This document shows positions 16,125 through 20,331 of a stretch of DNA of 20,331 nt, piece after piece. The translations under genes were made by a program, and so were the position numbers. The DNA lies in assembly GCA_042219045.1 (NCBI GenBank), contig JBDGQO010000003.1, forward strand, positions 178,601 through 198,931. The letters run 5' to 3'. How positions within the stretch are numbered: position 1 is the first letter of the stretch; each line of letters starts with the position of its first letter. The notes below the pieces were generated by a model. That model saw nothing but the letters and a program-made list of their open reading frames with translations. It was not told the origin of the DNA and searched no databases. Source of the DNA: Candidatus Bipolaricaulia bacterium. GTDB lineage: Bacteria > Bipolaricaulota > Bipolaricaulia > RBG-16-55-9.

Positions 16125-16316
16125 ATGGCAGCAGCCTGTGAAATCTGCGGGCGTGGCTCGGACTTCGGGCAGAGCGTCAGCTTCGCGGGCAACCGCAATA
16201 AGCGACGCCGCCGAGCCAACTTGCAAGACATCAAGGCCTACCAAGACGGCCGCCGCGTCCAGATGACGGTGTGCACGCGCTGTCTCAAGGCCGGCAAGGT
16301 CGCCAAAGCGGCTTGA
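16125..16316 (+). CDS. rpmB: 50S ribosomal protein L28 (bL28), cysteine-containing form
   Basis: CEICGR...GQSVSFAGNRNKRRRRANLQ...VCTRCLKAGKV; 63 aa, basic, two CxxC pairs. Confidence 0.95.
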   Translation: MAAACEICGRGSDFGQSVSFAGNRNKRRRRANLQDIKAYQDGRRVQMTVCTRCLKAGKVAKAA

Positions 16317-16345
16317 CGCCGAAACAATTCAAGGCTCGCTGATGA

Positions 16346-16397
16346 GGCTCGAGCGTCCCAGCGCTCGGGACGAACCCGACGCTGCGACGTTCGAGCC
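16346..16397. repeat. long imperfect inverted repeat (22-bp stem, 5-nt loop) downstream of rpmB
   Basis: GGCTCGAGCGTC-C-CAGCG-C-TCGGG / ACGAA / CCCGA-CGCTG-C-GACGTTCGAGCC: one G-U pair, one C-C mismatch, one bulge; no U-tract. Confidence 0.75.
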
Positions 16398-16426
16398 CAT
16401 TCGCGGCTTCCTAATCCAGGGGAGGA

Positions 16427-17200
16427 ATGGTCGTTTTGACCAAATATGCTTGCTCGCCCGTCCGTGGGATATGGATCGCGGTCGTCGGCCTTGGGCTCGC
16501 CGCTGTCCTCGTCACCGCCGCTCCCTCGTCCGGAACAGCTCCGTTGGATAACAACCCCGACGAAAAAGAGACATATCGGGCAACGACGGATCTCGATCCA
16601 GGTGAGATTCGAACCGAAGACGACGATAGCGGCGTGGGCTTCGACGCCCTCGACTTCGGCATTCCGGGCGGCGGCACCGTGTTCGCTTGGACGGACTTGG
16701 ACGGCGACGGACGCGAATCGGAACTCGTCGTCAGCGATCCCACCCTGTCTGCCGACGACGTCCGGCAGGCCGATGCCGACGGCGACAACGATCCCGAGGT
16801 CGTGTGGGTCGGGACCGAAGGCGGCGACATCGACGGGGATGGCGACGTGATTCCCGCAGAGGCCGGATCCATTGTCGCGACGCTCGACGTCGACGGCGAC
16901 GGCACCACCGAAATCATTGTCGAGGACACGTCGCGCGTCCTGGGCGAGTATCACGCCGACAGCTTCGGCATCAGCGGCACTGGCAATGATCCGCGAGAAG
17001 TCCTTTGGGTCGGCATTTTGGCCGATAACGGCCGCGGTCGTGCGGCGTCCGTCAAGGGATTCGGCGACGTCAATGACGACGGGGAAAGCGAAGTGGAGCT
17101 GGAAGATATCCGAACCAGCACTTCGGCCCGATTTGATCAGTTCATCGACATTGACGGGGACGAGGACGCCGACATCGTGGTCCGAATCCCGGACGCCTAA
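16427..17200 (+). CDS. secreted, highly acidic protein with repeated Dx[DN]xDG-type (FG-GAP/calcium-blade-like) motifs
   Basis: N-terminal hydrophobic signal (GIWIAVVGLGLAAVLVTAAPSSG). Motifs DLDGDGRESELVV, DADGDNDPEVVW, DIDGDGDVI, DVDGDGTTEIIV, DVNDDGESEVEL, DIDGDEDADIVV. GGAGG (16421-16425) is too close to ATG 16427, so TTG 16436 may be the real start. Confidence 0.75.
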   Translation: MVVLTKYACSPVRGIWIAVVGLGLAAVLVTAAPSSGTAPLDNNPDEKETYRATTDLDPGEIRTEDDDSGVGFDALDFGIPGGGTVFAWTDLDGDGRESELVVSDPTLSADDVRQADADGDNDPEVVWVGTEGGDIDGDGDVIPAEAGSIVATLDVDGDGTTEIIVEDTSRVLGEYHADSFGISGTGNDPREVLWVGILADNGRGRAASVKGFGDVNDDGESEVELEDIRTSTSARFDQFIDIDGDEDADIVVRIPDA

Positions 17201-17217
17201 GCTTGGAAGCGCCCGTC

Positions 17218-17246
17218 GAGAGGGTCGCGTGAAAGGCGGCCCTCTC
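17218..17246. terminator. GC-rich hairpin between convergent genes (possible bidirectional terminator)
   Basis: GAGAGGGTCGC / GTGAAAG / GCGGCCCTCTC: 11-bp stem with one G-U pair; no clear U-tract on either side. Confidence 0.5.
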
Positions 17247-20073
17247 AGCTATCGGAAACCGAGCAGCCGACCTGGTTGACCTCCGGGCCGCTTCCGATGA
17301 AGGCTTGAACGAAGTCCCGGATCCGTTCCTCGTCATACGAGGAAAGCTTGTCGATGCGGGTCCAAGCCGTTAAAGCAATGGACGATTCGAGGCCCTTGTA
17401 AGGGGCCAACACGAGCCGACATTGCCCCTCGTCCTGCCGCAACGACCGAACCAGCTTGCGCAGCTTCGCTTGCGCGTCCTCACTCAACGCAGGCTTGTAC
17501 TGGATCATGACGCCGCCGCCCGCGATGTTACGCAGCTGGACCTCGTCCTGAATCGGTTGGCCATGAATGCCCCAGTCCGCCGGAATGACGTAGTGGGGCC
17601 CGGACGTCGGCGGCGTGGTCGCATAGGCAGCATGATCCTCACCGGGCTCAATGATCGATGCTCCCTGGTTGGGCGTCTCCTTGCCGGGCCGATGATCGCC
17701 GGTCTCGGCTGACGTGACCTCTTCGATGCGACGCTTGACTTGCTTTGGGCGGAAATTCGGATAGTTCTCACGTAGGTCTAGAAGGGTTTGATAGCTCTTC
17801 GTGTATTGACCCGTCTGTGCATAGAGCTGGGCCTGCTGCCACATGGCCCGTTGCCCCGCTTCGGATAACGGCTTGCCCGGCCCGACGACGCGCTGTTCGG
17901 CCTTGATGATCCATTCATAGGCCTGAATGCGTTCGGACGGCGTCGACGCCGCGTCAAGGGCTTTCCGGAACTCGGCCAACGCTTGGCTCGGTTTGGCGCG
18001 ACCGAGATGGACTCGACCGATGCCCAATCGCGCTTGCACGGACGGCGACTGATGATCCAGCACGGCCCGGAATTCCTCCATGGCCCCTTCGTACACGTTG
18101 CGCTGCAGATAGAATTGCCCAAGCCGTAGACGCACGGATACATCATCCGGATTCGCGTCCAAGGCCTCCTGCGCTACGCTTCGGCGCTCAGCATAGGAGA
18201 GCTGATCCCCTTTGACGAAGGCTTGCTCGTAATGTCGCTGCGCTTGGTCGGACTTGCCTCGGGCTTGAAAAAGCCTCGCAAGCCCACGATGGGCGGGTGC
18301 ATAGCCAGCCTGTTGCGCCAGCGCCTTGCGGTAGGCGGCTTCGGCTTGCTCCCATTGCTCGGCCTTGCGATAGGCGTCGCCGAGGCGCACGCGGACCGAC
18401 GCCCGGTTTTCGGCCTCCAGCGACGACCGGAAGTGGGCTTGGGCGTCGGCATATTGGTTCCTCAGCATCGCCACTTCGCCCAGGTCCGCGAGGACGCGCG
18501 CGTAACGACCGCTTGTATTCTCCAGTTCAGCTTTCAACGAGCGGAGCCGATCATGCGCCTCTTTGAGGAGGCGAGTTCGCTTGGCTTCCGCGTTGGCCCC
18601 ATCCTCGGCTTCGGAGAGCTTGCGGGCGTAGCCCAGCTGGGCTTTCGCCAGCTTGTGCTGGATCGTCTTGCGGTTAGTTTGACGGAATTGCGAGCGAACG
18701 TCCTTGCTATATGCCTCGATAGCCTGTCGATAACGCTTGATGGCGGCCTGATAGTTCAATTGGTCTTGGCGCACGTCGCCATAGAGGACGTATGCGTCAA
18801 CGTAGCTGTCGTTCAGTTCCAGCGCTCGCTCGAGCATCCGAATAACCTCGACGTGACTCGAGTCGTCGCTCTTGAGCAGGAACTTGGCGTACATGTATTT
18901 GTAGAGCGGATTGGCCGGATCGGCCTGCAACATCTTGCGGAGCTGGCGCTCATTCTGGAGCTGATAGGGGCTGAGCAAGGCCGTTGCTTGCTCACGGCTC
19001 TCGCCAATCGCTTTTTTGAGGGACGCGACCTGGCTTGAGCCGCTCTGGGCACTGCTCGACGCACCCGTGCCCGTTCCGTCGTTCGTGAGGCGGCGTTTCT
19101 GCGCCGAACTCCAGTTGACGCGCAAGTTGTAGAGTTGCCCCAGGAAATAGTCCACATGGGGATGATCCGTCTGTTGGCGTGCCGTCTTGTACGCCGCAAT
19201 GGCCTTCTGGAGCTGAGCCAGTTTGGCGTCCAGCTTGTCGATGGACGTGAGCTGCTGCTCTCGATGATACGCCCGCAACAATGGATGGACATAGCGGATC
19301 TTGCTGTCGGATTTGGCTTTCTGGAGCCACTTGTCGAGCGCCTTGTTGGCCTCCTCGGACCCCGGCTCCACGTCTGAGCCGGCGATCGCGTGAACGAGGT
19401 TAGCCTTCAGGAGCCGATGGCGCTCTTCTTGTCGTAATTGTTGTTTGAATGCCTCCAAACTGGGGTCCGAAATGCCGAGCAATCGCTGGGCGATCTGTCG
19501 CTTCTCCGGGTTCTGTAAGATCGAACGGAGCTGCTCTTCGGTCATGCCGTTGTCGTTGAGAAAGCCCTGGAAGCGTTTCTCGACGGCCTTTGCCAGCTTG
19601 GATGGCTTGACGCTCAGCCCGCGTTCGCGGGCTTTCTGGTCAATTAGAGCGCGTTCGATCAACGACTGGGCCGCCTGATAGCGGATCTGGAGCTCGAGAT
19701 AGGCGCCCGATGGCCCCTTAAGGGCTTCCTTCAGGCTTTGGCCCTGTTGGACATAACGCTCCTTATAGCGACCCAGAAGCTTTTGAAACTCACGATCGAG
19801 TTGCGAGGTCGTAATCGGTCCCCCGTTGACGCGCAAGGCAACCGACGTTGAAGGGGTCGATTTGGATGCCGACGCTTCGGCTTGCTCGGATGGGGATTGT
19901 TGTGACGTCATCGTCGTCGATGATTCTGCGCTTTCCCCGTCGGATGCTGTGGCTTCCTTAGCGGGTGGCGACGTCGGCTCCGGAACCGTATCGAGGGGCC
20001 CCCATCCATTGACGAGCGCAACGCTTGTGACTGCGGCGACGGCCCCAATTAGCCAGAGAATCCATGACTTCAT
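17245..20073 (-). CDS. exported/membrane-anchored protein with SurA N-terminal-like chaperone domain, TPR repeats and C-terminal DUF3105-like domain, 942 aa
   Basis: SD AGGAGG (20088-20083). N-terminal hydrophobic helix and S/T/P/A-rich linker. SurA/PrsA-like VALRVNGGPITTSQL...LIERALIDQKARERGLSV...NGMTEEQLR...WLQKAKSDSKI. Many TPRs (AYVLYGDV, VRLGDAYRK...AEAAYRKAL, LRLGQFYL). C-terminal YATTPPTSGPHY..PADWG...IALTAW...FVQAF...GPE. Confidence 0.8.
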   Translation of the reverse strand: MKSWILWLIGAVAAVTSVALVNGWGPLDTVPEPTSPPAKEATASDGESAESSTTMTSQQSPSEQAEASASKSTPSTSVALRVNGGPITTSQLDREFQKLLGRYKERYVQQGQSLKEALKGPSGAYLELQIRYQAAQSLIERALIDQKARERGLSVKPSKLAKAVEKRFQGFLNDNGMTEEQLRSILQNPEKRQIAQRLLGISDPSLEAFKQQLRQEERHRLLKANLVHAIAGSDVEPGSEEANKALDKWLQKAKSDSKIRYVHPLLRAYHREQQLTSIDKLDAKLAQLQKAIAAYKTARQQTDHPHVDYFLGQLYNLRVNWSSAQKRRLTNDGTGTGASSSAQSGSSQVASLKKAIGESREQATALLSPYQLQNERQLRKMLQADPANPLYKYMYAKFLLKSDDSSHVEVIRMLERALELNDSYVDAYVLYGDVRQDQLNYQAAIKRYRQAIEAYSKDVRSQFRQTNRKTIQHKLAKAQLGYARKLSEAEDGANAEAKRTRLLKEAHDRLRSLKAELENTSGRYARVLADLGEVAMLRNQYADAQAHFRSSLEAENRASVRVRLGDAYRKAEQWEQAEAAYRKALAQQAGYAPAHRGLARLFQARGKSDQAQRHYEQAFVKGDQLSYAERRSVAQEALDANPDDVSVRLRLGQFYLQRNVYEGAMEEFRAVLDHQSPSVQARLGIGRVHLGRAKPSQALAEFRKALDAASTPSERIQAYEWIIKAEQRVVGPGKPLSEAGQRAMWQQAQLYAQTGQYTKSYQTLLDLRENYPNFRPKQVKRRIEEVTSAETGDHRPGKETPNQGASIIEPGEDHAAYATTPPTSGPHYVIPADWGIHGQPIQDEVQLRNIAGGGVMIQYKPALSEDAQAKLRKLVRSLRQDEGQCRLVLAPYKGLESSIALTAWTRIDKLSSYDEERIRDFVQAFIGSGPEVNQVGCSVSDS

Positions 20074-20169
20074 TCCGATGCCCCTCCTAGTTGGCGCTTT
20101 TCTTGATGACGTCCCTCAACCGTGACTCAACCATGAGGTATGTCGTGTGCTGCGATGGTCATTGTACGC

Positions 20170-20198
20170 ATGATACGGCCGTAACTGACACTTGTGAA
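20170..20198 (-). promoter_or_regulatory. sigma70-like promoter TTCACA-N17-TATCAT
   Basis: Minus-strand -35 at 20198-20193 and -10 at 20175-20170. A second -10-like TACAAT lies at 20166-20161. Confidence 0.5.
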
Positions 20199-20237
20199 AT
20201 GAAAAGTTCCGGATAGGCACATTCCTTTGGCAAGCGA

Positions 20238-20269
20238 TAAGCCCACCGGTGGCAACACCGGTGGGCTTA
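20238..20269. terminator. perfect 14-bp hairpin, probable terminator of a gene beyond the right window edge
   Basis: TAAGCCCACCGGTG-GCAA-CACCGGTGGGCTTA. A minus-strand TAA at 20319-20317 could end the upstream gene. U-tract is weak. Confidence 0.65.
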
Positions 20270-20331
20270 CCATCATCGATTCCTTCGTTGGCTTGTTTGC
20301 CGAACGATGGCCTCGTTTACTGTGACAGCGT

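Noticed and set aside
16346..16397. Integron attC site or CRISPR repeat
   Set aside because: No RYYYAAC/GTTRRRY ends, only one copy, and no integrase or cas genes.
20317..20331. 3' end of an upstream minus-strand gene (…TLSQ-stop)
   Set aside because: Only five codons are visible, too little to call a CDS.

Overview
High-GC housekeeping and cell-envelope region from a two-membrane (diderm) bacterium. Many of its proteins are strongly acidic, which suggests a halophile; Ca. Bipolaricaulota/Acetothermia is a tentative guess from gene content, not a proven assignment. Gene order: partial PxKF-like protein, peptidase/beta-propeller/Omp85 protein, proB, proA, small convergent hypothetical, a ~185-nt rod-like candidate ncRNA, a 1147-aa LptF/G-LptD fusion, acidic excisionase-type HTH protein, ruvB (-), DHH phosphoesterase, ribF, glutaredoxin-like protein (-), tsaB, etfB, etfA, rpmB, a secreted DxDGDG-repeat protein, and a SurA-N/TPR/DUF3105 protein (-). 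I see no mobile elements, tRNA, rRNA or CRISPR. The strongest candidate for an undescribed system is the single ORF joining an inner-membrane Lpt permease to an LptD-type outer-membrane translocon through an internal signal-peptide-like segment. It could be a cleaved polyprotein or a single-chain trans-envelope lipid bridge. Also notable: the rod-shaped RNA next to it, two more multi-domain envelope proteins, apparently leaderless genes, and five sigma70-like promoters with 18-bp spacers. All calls were made by eye, without database searches.
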